Counted from the first letter of the whole stretch, positions 48,663 to 62,882 are shown. The stretch is DNA of 62,882 nt, filler included, from Rhabdomonas costata (GCA_019059605.1; 37 parts of 37 records of this genome joined end to end with filler, not necessarily neighbours in it), one strand, 5' to 3'. Program-made: numbers and translations. Notes: a model not told the origin generated them from the sequence alone.

Positions 48663-51600
48663 CCTTCTGCACTGCGCACTTTTCGTGCAGAAGACTCAGA
48701 ACCAGGAAGAGCAACTTTGATAAAGGAGATCAAATTGCTGAACTAAATCGGAATGAAAGACTGAGCAAAAACGAAAAGCAGCTGCACGATGCCTTCTTAA
48801 ACAGCACCCTTGACGCTTATTGGGTTCCTTTTTTGTCCCGTCAACTCCTCCTCCGCTTCAGAAACAAAAACGCCGACCATCAACTGTTGTGCAAGCGATG
48901 GCTGGGAGTACCCGTGTTTCCGTCCCTCGAGGCTGCGGCTGCCTTTTGCTCAGCTTGCCCAAGACCCTCCTTCAAAGCCTCAACGGTCACTCTCTGACCA
49001 GAGACTTTGCTGTCGTCATCGTCGTTGTCGTCAGGATGGCCTTCTTCCCTTCTTTCAAGTAGTTGGCAATTCGCTGCACCAACTCCACGGAGGGGCGTTC
49101 GCCTTCACCATCAGCTTTGGACTCTTTGCGAACATTGCGGGGGGCTCGTCTTGTTCACCTTTCGGAGGTTTGACGACACCGGGGCACTTGCTCCCTTATC
49201 CCTTTCGAGGGCAGGTGCTCGTCTGCAACCCTTCTCGTGGCGTGGCGTGGCGTGGCGTATTCGTACAACCACCCNNNNNNNNNNNNNNNNNNNNNNNNNN
49301 NNNNNNNNNNNNNNNNNNTTAATTAATTAANNNNNNNNNNNNNNNNNNNNNNNNNNNNNNNNNNNNNNNNNNNNGACTGAATGAAAACCCATGACCGTGT
49401 TGCACACCCAAGTGCAGCATAATGCAGAAAAAAGAAGCAAGTACGTGGGGAAAAAGCGCCGATTCCCAACGCATACAATCAATGAGCACAGCACGAAGCA
49501 AAAAAGCGACAAACACATTTCCACCTAAATACCCCTTACCCGTGGATGCAAGAGCACCCACCCTTTCTTTTCCCACGTAACCCACACCCCACACCACAAC
49601 CACAACCAAAAATACTGAAAGCTGAGAGCCCACCCACCCCGTCCACAACGGGAATGGCTCGCTGTGTGAAGCACCCGCCCCATTCCCACATTCCAGGACT
49701 GCGTGGTTTCACCTTGTAAACATTGTGATTACGATGCCCACGATGGCATCGGAGTATCCCCCAACCAATTTTCACAATCCATTGTTGCGTTCTCCGAAAG
49801 ATTATTGAACCACAGCCGAAATATCCTGGTCGCTCACCGAAACGGGAACGCCCACTTCTTTCTCGAATTGTCCACGGTAAAACCGTGAGACGTGAAGCAC
49901 ATGCTCGTCTCATTTTGGGAAACTCGACATCTCCACAGGCAGCAAGCATACACGCACAAAGCACAAAGTCCCACAAAGGAGTCAGGGTGCGTTTCGCCAC
50001 TGCCCTCTCCGAAGGACAACTGCGCTGGCGAGACAAAAAAAATAACGGCAAAAAGGTAACAGAGACCACCCAAATCCCAGAGTTAACCGCTACCAGTGGT
50101 GACAACTTCTTTCTTCGATGCACATTTCAAAAAGTCCCGCCAGGTCACCGCCCGCTCCGCCAACTCGCCCCACATTATCCCAGCCAGAGTCCTAAGCCAG
50201 CAGTAGTTATGAGGTCTTAAGCAAACAAAAACGCGTCTTTATCAAAGGCAGCACTGGCACAGTTTGTCCAACCCCCTTACGCTAAAATAAAGATATTTCA
50301 AGTGTACTGGCATATTTTACGTGACTGTTTCCAAGTGAGCAATAGTTTTCAGGTTGTATTCTGTTACCACTCGTGACCACTGTTAACAGTTACCACTCCC
50401 CCCTCGCCAAACTTCCATTGCGCCGAAGAGAGCATCAATGAGGAGCGGGGAGGGGGGGCACACTTGGAGCCCGAAAAAAGAAAAAAAACGCAGAGCAAAA
50501 GCAGTGGCAAAAAAGTGGTGTTTCGCCTGAAGAAAAACGGGCGAAACAAATGGTGCGGAAACACAAAAACAATCAGAGGCACGTAAAAAGGAAACCCAAG
50601 CAGCAACGGGCATCATTTTGGGGGGTCGATAAACGAAGAATTTTTGGCGTTAAACTGTGGCCAGACGTGTAACGCCACAAGCCTTACACCCCACAACCAC
50701 CCCCGACTGTGGATGAAACGTGAAGGACAAAGCAAACAAAAAAACTCCGTCAGTTGGAGGTGTGGGTGAGAGTGCGAGAGAGAGCACAGTAACGTACACC
50801 ACTGCAACGAGAACACGCAGATACAGAGGCAAGCTAGAGAAGCCCCACCGCATGCTGCCTGTCAGACAGCCCGCCATCCTTTATAAACGGGAGCCAGAAC
50901 GACGAAAACGACCCTTACCGTCGGACCCACACAAACTCAGAAATGGGTGCCGTTACACAGTCCCATGGGACGCGTGNNNNNNNNNNNNNNNNNNNNNNNN
51001 NNNNNNNNNNNNNNNNNNNNTTAATTAATTAANNNNNNNNNNNNNNNNNNNNNNNNNNNNNNNNNNNNNNNNNNNNCTTAGTTTTTTTGTGTTGATTTGA
51101 TTTTTTTTGGGGGGGGGGGAGAGGCTTACTACCTCAACGATTTTCTACCTTCTTGTCATTAGTGGAGAATGCTCTTAATTATCACCCTCTCCCCGCTACA
51201 CCGATTCGCATTATAGCCCAATTAATTTCAGACATCTCGTGCAATATGAACGGCTAATTCTCCTGGACTGTCACGGGACCCTTGAGTTGACGTGTGTCTC
51301 TCCACCCTATTTTTCGCTTTGACTTCTGTGCTGTCGTTGTAAACCTCCCGAGTCGAGTTCTGAGGTTCAAGTTCTGAGGACGACTTGCGTTGGGTGCGGT
51401 CTCACAGACGCAGCCGCCTCAGGTCCAGCGCCCGGCGATACAGAAGTGTGTCTCGCATCCGTTCGTGCAGGCCTTCGGGGTTTCCGGGTTCCTTTTGGTC
51501 TTTATGTTTCCCTTGAATTCGATTTTAGGGCAAACTGACTCGTGAACCCGGGTTTTGTTTTGAGTTTTCACAGACACCCTGCTGATCAGAGGTTCTTCGT

Positions 51601-51803
51601 CATTGTTTGGGTCCGCAGACTGCGTAATTGCATGATTCAAGTGCTTGTATTGTGCATCGAATCAAAAGGCTACACGAGCGCAGTGCATCGGAGCCGCAGC
51701 AGCGGGGAATCAGAACCTGTCAGGTTGTGCTGCATTGCCCTGTCTTCTGAAAAAACAGAGCACCAGAATCAGACATGCTTGGTGGACGTGACGTTGTAAT
51801 AAG

Positions 51804-52101
51804 GATCCCAGCGGAACTCCCAATGTCTGAGGCACCTCTAGTAGAGAAGTCGATGGAACTTCCGGCTGACTTAGCTGAAAGGGGCGGAGCAACGGATTCG
51901 GGGAAACGCCGCAGGACCTCTGCGGCGGTTCGGATCCAGTCGGCTTGGCGGGGGTTCCTGGGAAGGCTGGAGCTCCGAGTGCGGAGGATCCGCCGGGCCA
52001 TGGATGGGATGCGGAGGCCCACCCCCAGGGAGTGTGCCACGGTGGTGCAGGCCTTTGCCCGGACCAAGCTGAGCGTCACCGAGGCTCATTTCAAATGGCT
52101 G
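51804..52101 (+). CDS. Exon of an IQ calmodulin-binding-motif protein
   Basis: AAVRIQSAWRGFLGR (canonical IQ) and a degenerate CATVVQAFARTKLS; ends at a GTTTGT donor. Confidence 0.6.
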
Positions 52102-54485
52102 GTTTGTGGCGCGGATGGTTCGATGCACCCGGGATGCTTTTTGTGGATATTCTGATGTTCAGATCTTCTGGCTTGTGGAAAACGTGAAAGAAGCGCCGCT
52201 ACGGTATGTGGCCAGCTGCGGCTCCCAGTCCTGGCAGTGGACCCTTGCTGAAATTTGCGGTTCCAGCAAGCGGAACATGGACTTGTGCTGCTGTTGACAA
52301 TTGTGCCTAATAAGAAAATGAGCAACGTGCTTCCCCTCGTCATGCCCGTGGCTCTAGGTCCGTGTGAAGAATTCCACGGACATCTGGACCAAGGTGGGGT
52401 CAAACACGCCACCCTCTGAGAATGCGGATCCTGCTCACGTATGATGCTGCTCTGATCCCTCGTGCGTAGCTATTCCAAGATTTCTGCTTTTTCAGGAAGA
52501 TACTGAGCTGCGCTGTGCATGCGGGAGGCGGGGACGTTTCAGTTGGAACTGGCGAACGGCGAAGACTGTGATGTGCATGATGGTCTTTGAAAGACTTCGT
52601 CCGAATGCAGAAAATAGCCCATTCGTTCGGCTCGAGCACAGGCCCCCTGAAGCAGCAACCACACGGACACAACCCACANNNNNNNNNNNNNNNNNNNNNN
52701 NNNNNNNNNNNNNNNNNNNNNNTTAATTAATTAANNNNNNNNNNNNNNNNNNNNNNNNNNNNNNNNNNNNNNNNNNNNTGTGGGGTGTTGGATGATGTAT
52801 TCAATCTCGGCTGCGTGTTTCCCAGGGTCCCCTTGTCAAGGACTGCCTAGATGGAATGAACTAGGCACAAAAAAAGGAGCTGAAGGGAACCGCTGAAACG
52901 GAAAAGGTACTCCCCAAATGAAAAATGACTCGCCCGACTATGAGGTGTATACTAAATGAGACACGTAAATGAGGTGCGGATGTTCAGATGTGGGCAGACG
53001 GGGTGGGGAGTGAGCGGAATCCTTCTGGGATGCACACCGTTGCCAGGGAAGGGACAGGTTCGGCGTCCGCAGCGGGGTTGGCGTCGCAGCGAAGAACCCG
53101 ATCCGCGGTGAGAGCATGGGTCACCGCCATTGTCCCAGAGAGCACATCCACAACCTGAGGGGCACACGGCAAGCACGACTTGCGAGGGGTCAGACAGAAA
53201 TTCCCCCCCCCCCGGAGTTCAACATCAGCAGTATCCTGCATATCTGAACGACGGAGAATCATTGCTGCGTGGAGAAAGCAAAAGAGAAAGACGGATATTA
53301 TAGCACGCGATTCGTGAACAGCAGCTTTCAGATGTATGGCAAAAGTTGTAGATGCCTCCTAGGTTCCGCGCCCACTACGCGGCCGAATGGCCTCCCCCCC
53401 ACTATTCTCCAGCCCAGCGACAAGATGGTCATTATCATCATTTGAGGCAGCTAGCACTTGGGTAAAAAAAACTCAGCCTCCCATTTAGTCGAAAGAATTT
53501 CCCAACGAGTTTTAATTTCGGCCTTGCACACATTGCACCATGCACGCAAAGCGGACCCGCGCAAAGCCACACCCGCATCGCGAAGGCTCCCAGGTAGCAT
53601 AGGCTCTGGGTGTTCTGGAACAGCTGCAGCAAGTCAGGGCCGTGGGCCCAGCCCCGGGACTCCGTTACCCCAACCTCCATGATCGCAAACCCGTACACCC
53701 TATATACATCACAACGCCCTACATCACATCGACACAAGGCACGGGTCTGCGCGACCCAACCTCATGGTATCACCCCGTTCACAAAGGTTTGATGTGGCAT
53801 TGTGACTGACGGGTGCACAATTTGTGAGCCCTATGATGACTGATGTCATTCGTCCTGGAGCGGCTCCCACGCATCCACCTTTCGGGATTCTGTTGCTGTC
53901 TTATTTCGTTCGGCCCTCTCTATCCCCCTAATCCCTTCTATAAATGCGGGGGAAAGGTAGACCCTGAAGAGTGACTGCCTTTGACAAGCAACCAAGGAAC
54001 GCCCAGCAGGTATCTTGATCTCTCAGGTATACTACGGGTATACTACTAAGAACTACCAAGGGCATATCCACACAGGGTGCACAAGACATGGTAAATTTGA
54101 AGACTTGAGACCCTCTAGGGGGCTCTGGGGTAGAGGTGCTTGAGAAACCTCATTGGCGTAATAAAATGTTTCGCAGAATTCGAAAATCTGCAATCAGTTA
54201 GAGGCAAGGCCAACGAGCAGCCCAACCCGAGCAGTGGGTAACCGTGGGGTGAAGACACACCGCTCTGGGGGTGTGTGCACCTCAGCCAGCCGAGCCTCAA
54301 AGAGCTGCTTCTGCTGCACCTTGTTCCCGAACACACCTTGCAATAAGGGCGAGCGGGTACGGGGTCACATAATGCCCCACNNNNNNNNNNNNNNNNNNNN
54401 NNNNNNNNNNNNNNNNNNNNNNNNTTAATTAATTAANNNNNNNNNNNNNNNNNNNNNNNNNNNNNNNNNNNNNNNNNNNNGTGGT

Positions 54486-54640
54486 TGGGGCGCAGGTCAG
54501 CTCCGTCACATCCGCTCCAGAGCATGGTCCCAAGCGTTGATCAGAAGACCGCTTTTCCCGACCCCATAAGGGAATAACTCTCCTCTCAACGCTTGGGACC
54601 ATGCTCTGGAGCGGATGTGACGGAGCTGACCTGCGCCCCA
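54486..54640. repeat. Contig-terminal inverted repeat (55-bp arms)
   Basis: 54486-54540 is the reverse complement of 54586-54640. Confidence 0.9.
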
Positions 54641-54858
54641 GCTCGACCCATTCCCAAGTCTCTTAGAGCCTTGCGGTTCGGGCCGGGAGCTGTGAATTTG
54701 GGCAACTCTGCGTAGCGGAAAATCCTTGGTTTCCTTTTGGTGGACGCCGACGAGTGCATCTAACCCTGCTGTAGCAAGGGTTTCATTCACTCGCTCACTC
54801 GCATTCGCTCTGAGCTCAGAAGCCAATCTGTTAACAAGCGTCTCGCGCTGGCGCACAG

Positions 54859-54993
54859 ATGCTGACCGCGGAGGAGCTTCATCAGCACGCAGAGAAGATG
54901 TGCAACCTCTCCATGGAGAACCGGCAGGCCCGCTTGGCGAAGATCGAGGAGGCCTACGTGCCCACCCCAACTCGCAAGGTGGTCTCCCCGCAG
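54859..54993 (+). CDS. Exon of an unidentified helical protein
   Basis: CACAG|MLTAEELHQHAEKMCNLSMENRQARLAKIEEAYVPTPTRKVVSPQ|GTCAGG; 135 nt, in phase. Confidence 0.4.
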
Positions 54994-57900
54994 GTCAGGG
55001 ACGCCGTGTTTGCTCGCCTGGCTGCCGCCACGAAGTAGCATACCCCCGGGCACCCGCGGGCCCCGTACTTCATTCTCTCTCTGCCGTACCCTGGATTGGA
55101 TGAGCTGTGGTTCTGTGCTGCAACGGTTGTGGCAGAGAGGAGCACGCGAATAGGGGGGCTGTATCTCCCAGTGGGGTTCTTTCCGCTCTGATTGTGTGCT
55201 TGTGCGTTGTCGCTCATGTGTATGTTCATGATCCTCTTCTGCTTTTCTCTGAGCTTTGGGCTGTCACTTTTACAGTTGAAGATTTGGTGCGCCAGAAGCC
55301 TTGATGGGTGGATGCAGGTGGGATTGAGAGTTCGCCCAATTGCTGTGGCTGAAAAGTCCGAAACCCAAACACACCGGTCTTCTCTGGAAACAAAACTCCA
55401 ACACAGAATGCATGAGAAATGGGATTCCTTTTTCTACAATTTTAGAAGAAAAGGTTCACAGTTGTAAAAATAAGAAATTCGGAATTTTATTTCGGAAGGA
55501 AAGGTTTCTCCTGTGCGTTGCCATGTCTTCCGGTACGGTCTACTGGGCGGTTGAGTCATCTGATTCGAAGTTGAAGGCAAAAATACGCACTTTTCCCTGC
55601 GGTTGCTGTAGTTCTTCATTCCTTGTTAGTTTTTCAGCGTTTGACCCCAGCAGCAATGACACACGAGGAAGACACGTGCGAGCTGGTCATTATTAGTGTG
55701 AGTCCCCTCCCAGCAAGATGAGCTAGGCAGCCTTCCTTAGGAGCCGGATTACTTTCCTCATTTTTATTCCCTGGAAACCCTACGAATGGAACGGCAGTAC
55801 TGGCAAGAACGGATTAGATTCAGTGGTTTCAGTTTTTCTCAATGTGTGAAGGCGGCGCAGTACGTTCAAGTTGGTCACTCGCAGCCTGGTTTCTTCGTTG
55901 TCTGGTGTTCAGAGATCTTTGGGATCTCGTTTGATCTCTCTTAGTCTGTCCGGACTCGCCAACCTCGACCTTTACCTCCCAGCTCACCTCACCCCACTCT
56001 GAAACTTCACCCCCCACTTCTCGGTTTCCTGAGAGCAGCCCAACCTTCACATCTTCGTCCCCCCACACACACCCAACCCCCNNNNNNNNNNNNNNNNNNN
56101 NNNNNNNNNNNNNNNNNNNNNNNNNTTAATTAATTAANNNNNNNNNNNNNNNNNNNNNNNNNNNNNNNNNNNNNNNNNNNNCATTCCTCTCATTACATCG
56201 GGGGGAGCATTTGGGGAGGCAGCCTTCCCTTTCGTTGCTGTCTTTATGATAGGTTCTGCGGAAGATCTGGCCACACCAAACAATGTACGCTGTCTCTTGC
56301 CATGTGCTTCGTTGGTGATTGTGTTGCTGCTCTGGTGGGATGCAAGTTAGCCCGCACAGCGATGATTCTGGAGAGCTGAAAACTCGTGCACCACAGCGCT
56401 TCCTAGGCGCGGTTTACTCCACAGCATATCTATGATCCCTGTCCATGCGCAGATAAATTCTCATTGTCACTCCATTGCTAAGTCCGCTTTTAGTATTAAA
56501 AATTCACACTTCTAAATTAAAGCGACCAATATAAGCCCCGGAGGTGATCCCTGTTCATGCTTCAGGTGCAAGCAACTCATCCTCATATTACAAGGAATTG
56601 CTCCCCATTTTCTTCGGTGCGTTGTCGTTACGCACGTTTCTAAATGTCAGAAACTTATACTTCTAATGGCCATGTATATTTAGTTGCCAGTGTTGCTTGG
56701 CTGATTTCCACTGCAATGGTGCTTCGCGTCAAGGTTGTGGTTGTTCTCCTGAGATGAGTTGGCAATGCTCGAGGCTGCGAGTAGGGCACCCGAAGGTCAG
56801 CGTATGGGAAGGGGAGAAGAGGTTCCTTAACGGAACCTTGGATCAGCGCGTGGAAGATAGTCGTTCATGAAAGCGTTCTCTTACGATTCGGTTTGACTTT
56901 GCGGGATCTCTGCTCTTCGCTTGATTGGTTTTGCGCACTTCTAAATTGTTACGTTATACCGTAAATCTGTTGTTTCAAAAGCTTTATGGGTCAAAAATTC
57001 GGCAACTCCAGTGTTGTCAGCGCAACCCAGAATATATCATGCATGTTGTATGCTGTTTCGCGAGCGCGGAGGGTTGGACACCCATGAAGAGTACTCCAAA
57101 CGCGCCAGTCGGGGTTCCTGAGGCCCTAGGTACACACCATCGGTCCCGAGGTCCCGAGGGGGACACCAACTATGTGAGGAAGCGAGGCGTAGAAGAGAAG
57201 GGGGTGGGGCCGATGGACCGATGCCCCATCAAGGGGAGCCTTCCCCAGAAAAAGTCACCCAAGTACACATATACTTTGTGTGTGCGCGTGAGATTGAAAT
57301 CGTTGTTTCTTCTGTGCAGGTAACTTTTTGCAAAAAGCTTGTTGAGATGGTTGTGTGCATTGCGCTGCAAAAGGCAGTCTTGCTAGTGCTGCGTGTGTTA
57401 CGCATATTGACACGCATGCGGTCCGATACATTTTATAGCGAAGGCCTTTATTTGTGAATGTGCGCACAGAAATGGCAGGGGGGCGTCACTGGAGCTTACA
57501 GTCAGGAAGACGATGGTAATTTTGTAAGGTCTGGCGACTCCAGGTCAAAATCCTCTGAGTTTCGGTGTGCAATGACCGTCACCTAAGGTTCGACGACGGC
57601 CTTTCCCAGCCTCGGCCAAGCGATGGCTGTTCGGGGTTCTGCGGCAACCTCCGCGATGCGGCTGCTGGGAATGGCTGCTGCGCGCTCCGTCCACTCAGGT
57701 CCCCACGCACTGTAGGAGCTCCAAAATCGGGAAGTCCCGCTGTTCAGCAGAATATGCATCAACCTCAAAATTCCAACCTAACNNNNNNNNNNNNNNNNNN
57801 NNNNNNNNNNNNNNNNNNNNNNNNNNTTAATTAATTAANNNNNNNNNNNNNNNNNNNNNNNNNNNNNNNNNNNNNNNNNNNNTGGGGTTGGGGGGGTAAA

Positions 57901-60900
57901 CGATTCCCTCCCACCGCTGTGCAACCCGTGCGAAGCGATCCCCATGCAAAAGTGTCCAGCGATTGTCACATGGATTTTGAAATGCGCGTTGACGACAGGG
58001 ACGGAATTCCGCAAGCACAAGGCCCCCGGAAAAAATGAGAACACTTGCACTGCTTAATTCCCAGTTTCAGTATCACCACAACATACTTCAGAATGCGTCT
58101 GTTGCAACCAAAGAATTCATTTGGAAAATTACTCTCATGAAATTTTCTCCAAACAGGCATCCCAAGACGGCTTTTTCCAGCATCAGACCACTTTTCGCGG
58201 GGACGTCAGGCTGGGAGCATTTCAATCCAAACCGCGCACCTCGGAAGGGCTGCTGAGTGGTGACATCGGCGGTGGTGACGTCAGTTTCGGTACAGTGGGT
58301 GGTGGAACCTGTCCCCAGAGATCCGAAAGTAGGACAAAAGGGACCGGAAGAAGGCATCCCACACATTTCCAAAGTAGTGCAATAAAGATGGGAAGAAACG
58401 ACCAGTTTTGCTGGGAATGTTCCGCAATCAGCAGAACCCCAGGAGTTTAAAATTTGTTCTTTAGCACCCTTCTGTGGAGATGGATGTGGAAATTTCTCAT
58501 TGATTTTCAGCTATAGCACGCTCACCGTAATTCGAGAGTTTACAACCTTGCGTGTTCACCAAGAGACAGCATACGCTACCCAAGCCTAACGGCATAAAAA
58601 CACGCCAAAAAGACTTCAGTTTGAAACGTTACGGACTAAGTTCTTGATTTTGGGGTTTAACTAGTCTTACATATTTACTTTACTTTACCAATACATTACT
58701 GATTTAGGTAGAAATTTAGTTTTAAATCCTCTCTTTCCAAATCCAAAACAAAAGAGTTGTCAGAAAACAATGCAAATGTGCATGAAAAGAATTGTAAATA
58801 TTTACAAAAATCTTTGAGTAAGTAAAATCCAGTAGTTTTGTTGTGATGGGAGTTTTGGTCTATCAAAAGGGTTTTAAATCTAGTCTAATGCGGTAGCAAA
58901 TTTCAAATCTGTAGGTTTGTGTGACGAAAATGTCCGCGTGAAAGGCGGTACCACAGGAAACCAAAAGCAGGATAAAAGCACGAAAAGAGAAGGGGTACTT
59001 TGCAGGGGAAAATGAGTGTCAGGGTGAATGGCCAGAACGATCATTTGGCTTGTATGAAACGGCATTTGGTTTGGGGTGAAAAACTGTGTGAATGTATGTG
59101 CTATTGGTATGTTTTTCATGGCCAGTGGGTAACCTTGGCCGGGTGGATGACTCTATTTATGACATTTACGAGGACCGTTCTTAGAAACGTGGCCTGTTTG
59201 CTAGTCAGACCGAATGGAATCACCGCTCACTCGAAGGAGCCAACTTCCGTTTGAAAAGCTGTTTTGTGCTAATTTTAAGATCTGGTTGGGATGCAATAAA
59301 ACTCGCTTGATAGGTCAATATTCAAAAGGTACGTAATTTCCAAAGTATCTCTGGCTTTTCATTTATTTGAGGCAACAAATACTATCTTGGAACGTAATCC
59401 TATTCAGACTTAGTATTTTTCCCTGACCTGCTAAGGAAACTTTGCTCCAAATCTTCTAACATATAATTCCAGCCTTCAAAAACNNNNNNNNNNNNNNNNN
59501 NNNNNNNNNNNNNNNNNNNNNNNNNNNTTAATTAATTAANNNNNNNNNNNNNNNNNNNNNNNNNNNNNNNNNNNNNNNNNNNNTGTGTTGTGTGTTTGGG
59601 TTTTTGTGGACACGGATATGTTGAAATCCAGAGCGCCTGCCAAGCTTGTAGAAGCAGCATCTGTCTCCAACTCGATAAGCGTATCGTATATTTGGGGAAG
59701 TGGGTACTTGTACACTATGGTCAGCTTGACAACGGCTCTCATTTTAGAAGAAATAATGGGTGGTTGGGGGGTGGGGGTTACGTGACAATCGCTTTGCCAC
59801 TAAAATACAAGTAAGTGTATTACATTTTCTTGGTTTTGGTTGCATGATAAAATGAATGTGCCAGCACGTTTTTGGAAAACAAACAAGAAGCGAAAACTAA
59901 ATAAATTAAGCGCGGAAACGGTTGGAACGCAAAGTATATGAAGGGTGGGTTTTGATGAAAAACACGTGGGGCGTCTTAAAGGCCGAATGCGCGTTTGATA
60001 TATACCCCGCTGCTAGGAGTCCATTGCGCCGCTTCAATGGCGTGAGCCATGCCCTCCGCGCCACCATGTGCTCGGACAATCCGGTCGCGCACGGAAACGG
60101 CAAAATTTTGGCTTCAGGACCAACCCAGCCTAACACGGAGAAGTTGTCGTGTGCTTTTCATGTGGTGGCTCCAAGCGTCGTAAAATGCCGCAATCACCAA
60201 CCCGGTGATACAGACAGTTCTGCTATGCGATAAACATGTTTGAACAGCGATATCGTGAGGAATGCCTCCGGGCCGGAAAGGACCAGAAAAAAACATTTTC
60301 GGCGCATTTTCGGCGCAAAAATCGTGATGATACCTTCATTAGGTGAAAAACGACAAACGCTGCTGATATAGGGCTCCACGGTTTTTTCAGAATGTTTTTC
60401 AGAAATTTTCAGAAAGTCGGGTCTCAGTTGGGTTCGACTACCACAGTGTGCTTATTGTCGCTCGGGCGCGGTAACAGTGGAAAATCCATACTTCGGGTGC
60501 TTCCCGAACCGACCGTGCAAAAAATCAATAAACGGCTTCAGCAGTGATAACGGTATAACCCGCTTTTTTTGTGACAACTAATCAGTATTAAGGAGCCTGC
60601 AATCATTGCCTTATCAAAAACCCACATGGAAGGAAGAAAAAACCCTAACTGGATAGCAAACGAAGAGTTCAGCTCAGAAGTGACAGCCGTGTTCTGAAGT
60701 TTGGGGGTAACGCCCAAAATCATCGTCAGGGACGCCGGGGCCCACTCACACAGGGATACCACAAAAGCACTTACAAACGCACACCACCACCCAAACCCAC
60801 CTACCCACCCACTCATCTCAGTCTTCATAGTGCAGACAGAGGGACTTCCGCATCGAACAACCACACACGCAGTCACTCCCCCATCCCTACCGCTCATCAT

Positions 60901-61044
60901 GACAACGCAACTTTTGAAGGAAAGCCGTCTTCCTGTAAGCACCGCTCGGTAGCACACAAATGCCTACCACGTCTCCCTGCCTACCACGTCCCCAAACGCA
61001 TTGCTGGAGAGTCCGGCGGTTTCCCGCCTCCCACTCCACCGCAC

Positions 61045-61143
61045 TTACTCCACGGGGCAGATCCACTCCTCCTTCATCTTCAGGACGAGCTTCGAGGGAT
61101 TCATCATCACCGTCTTGTGGCGGTTGGCGCGTGGCAGAAGGTA
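61045..61143 (-). CDS. Probable terminal exon of an unidentified protein
   Basis: CGCAG|YLLPRANRHKTVMMNPSKLVLKMKEEWICPVE-TAA with GC3-rich codons; not in the supplied ORF track. Confidence 0.4.
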   Translation of the reverse strand, partial: YLLPRANRHKTVMMNPSKLVLKMKEEWICPVE

Positions 61144-62882
61144 CTGCGGAACGGGAAAACCAAAAACCAACCACACCCACCACANNNNNNNNNNNNNNNN
61201 NNNNNNNNNNNNNNNNNNNNNNNNNNNNTTAATTAATTAANNNNNNNNNNNNNNNNNNNNNNNNNNNNNNNNNNNNNNNNNNNNGTGGTGGGTGTGTTTG
61301 GGTGTGGGGTGTGTTTGGGGTTTTTGTTTCTTTATCGTTGTCCAGGGGGAGGGAAGTCATTCCGTTTGAAGACACTGCCGCTCCGCCTCCTCCCGCTCGT
61401 CGACCAGAAAGCGCACCCGCGCGGCAACGCGGGGAACGGTTTGCCGAGCGTCCAGGAACTGGCTGGCGCAGCACAGCCCGGTAACACCAAGAACAACTTG
61501 GGCCAGAAGGAACTCCGAGAAGAAGGGCAAGCTCAGAGCGCAGAACACGGTCATGACGGATGAGAAGTAAACTAAGAAAAAATATGCACTCGCACATTGA
61601 CAAAATACCGTTCACCGGTGAATACTTGGGAAAATGAAAAATCCGGAGGAGGTGCGCACAAGCACTGGGACACCCGCTGTCGCCATTCAGATAGTGCACA
61701 CGATCGTCTTTTCCGGCATGCCAAAACCAGCCCTATCTGACCTTGACATTTTCAGAAGAGAGCCTCGCTACGCTCCGCGGCCCAAGACTTCCCGGACCTT
61801 CGAAATAGCAGCTCAGCGACTCGGCTCAATGTCTGCTAAATTCCACCAAGGGACAAGTTGCCAGGGCGAAAATGTGAAACCAATGCAAGGTGTAGTGCTC
61901 GAGAATCAAAACTTGATGGGACTTGATGGGAATTTTTGACAGTGAACCCTAACACTCGCCTTTTTCTGATCGTTTAAATTTAAAGGTGACAATATACTTT
62001 TTTCGTCATTTTTGACCCCCTCAAGGGGGGAACAGACCAAGGCCCTTTAAGGCAGGGAAGAGAAAAATCCACATGTCCAAGGAAGGTGAAGGGCCGGGAA
62101 CACACAAAGAAGCACTACGCACCTCGAGCAGGCAGCTTGCCTGGGTTAAAGTCAGGAGAGGGGGTGTCGTAAACGAGCTCGGGAGACTTTAGCACTGGCT
62201 CTGTATCCGACGGAACAAAAACAAAACAAAACAAAAAATTATGGGCTCCGTTCAATTAGCAGGCAGACAGACAAAGTATCCAGTCTTCAACTTCGACCAC
62301 TCCAACCACCGCGAAAAAGTGTGACAGCTGTGAATGGGCAAAGCAAAACTGTTTTCATAAAATGCTTTACACCGGTAAATGCTGTGCAATGCATTAATAT
62401 CAACAGCAATTTTGCTGTGGGAGGGTTGGGTCGGGTTTTGTTTTCATACTTGTTAATGCGGGGAGGCCAGCTTCGGCTGTGGTGGGAACGAGACTCGTGG
62501 ACAACTTTTTCGCAGAAGGTGGCGAACACATGATGGCGAGAAGTGCAGAGCCTTTTGTCTGTTTCTTGACAGCTGATGTGGGAAAGAGGGGACGCTGACC
62601 ATTTGAAACCTGAATTCATATCCCGTGGGTGAATTAAACTTCCATCCCGAGGGTATTTCTATTTTCGCAGGTTCTCTGCTCGCGTCGCCCATAGGTTTCA
62701 GTTGGCCGTTGCGGCGGACGGGGCCAAGCGTCGCACCTTTTCTGCTCCTGTGTTAAATTGTTGTACATAAGTGCCTTTTTTTTCAGTGGCAGAACAGAGG
62801 TGTGTCTGTGGATACGCCTCGCTCCTCGTTCGGTGTTTCCCCCTTCCCGTTTTATTTCCCGTTTTTGGTGCCTCGATGCTTT

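Noticed and set aside
1605-61284. Regularly spaced TTAATTAATTAA motifs, and ORFs ending in X-runs or 'LIN'
   Set aside because: These are artificial contig linkers, not a biological array. ORFs crossing them are artefacts.

Overview
This is not one locus. It is 37 unrelated contigs of about 1.6 kb, joined by 36 artificial 100-nt spacers (44 N + TTAATTAATTAA + 44 N), so gene order across spacers means nothing. Most contigs come from an intron-rich flagellated eukaryote using the standard genetic code; a euglenozoan/euglenid is plausible but is only an inference. Spliced gene fragments I could read: two pieces of a DNAH1-like axonemal dynein heavy chain, a HAMP plus class III nucleotidyl cyclase, a ZNFX1-like SF1 helicase, CDP-diacylglycerol synthase, a GNPTAB-like Stealth phosphotransferase, a hemerythrin and an IQ-motif protein. 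There are also decayed gag/CCHC and Merlin-like transposon relics. One contig carries an intronless bacterial infC with a sigma70-like promoter and a probable ATT start. G/T-only contig starts and seven contig-terminal fold-backs point to whole-genome-amplified material. The best candidate for novelty is a spliced gene encoding a plant self-incompatibility S1/SPH-like domain (13969-14592, minus strand). A 1,477-bp circularly assembling contig and an apparently high rate of GC-AG introns also deserve a look. All family assignments are by eye and need HMM/BLAST confirmation.
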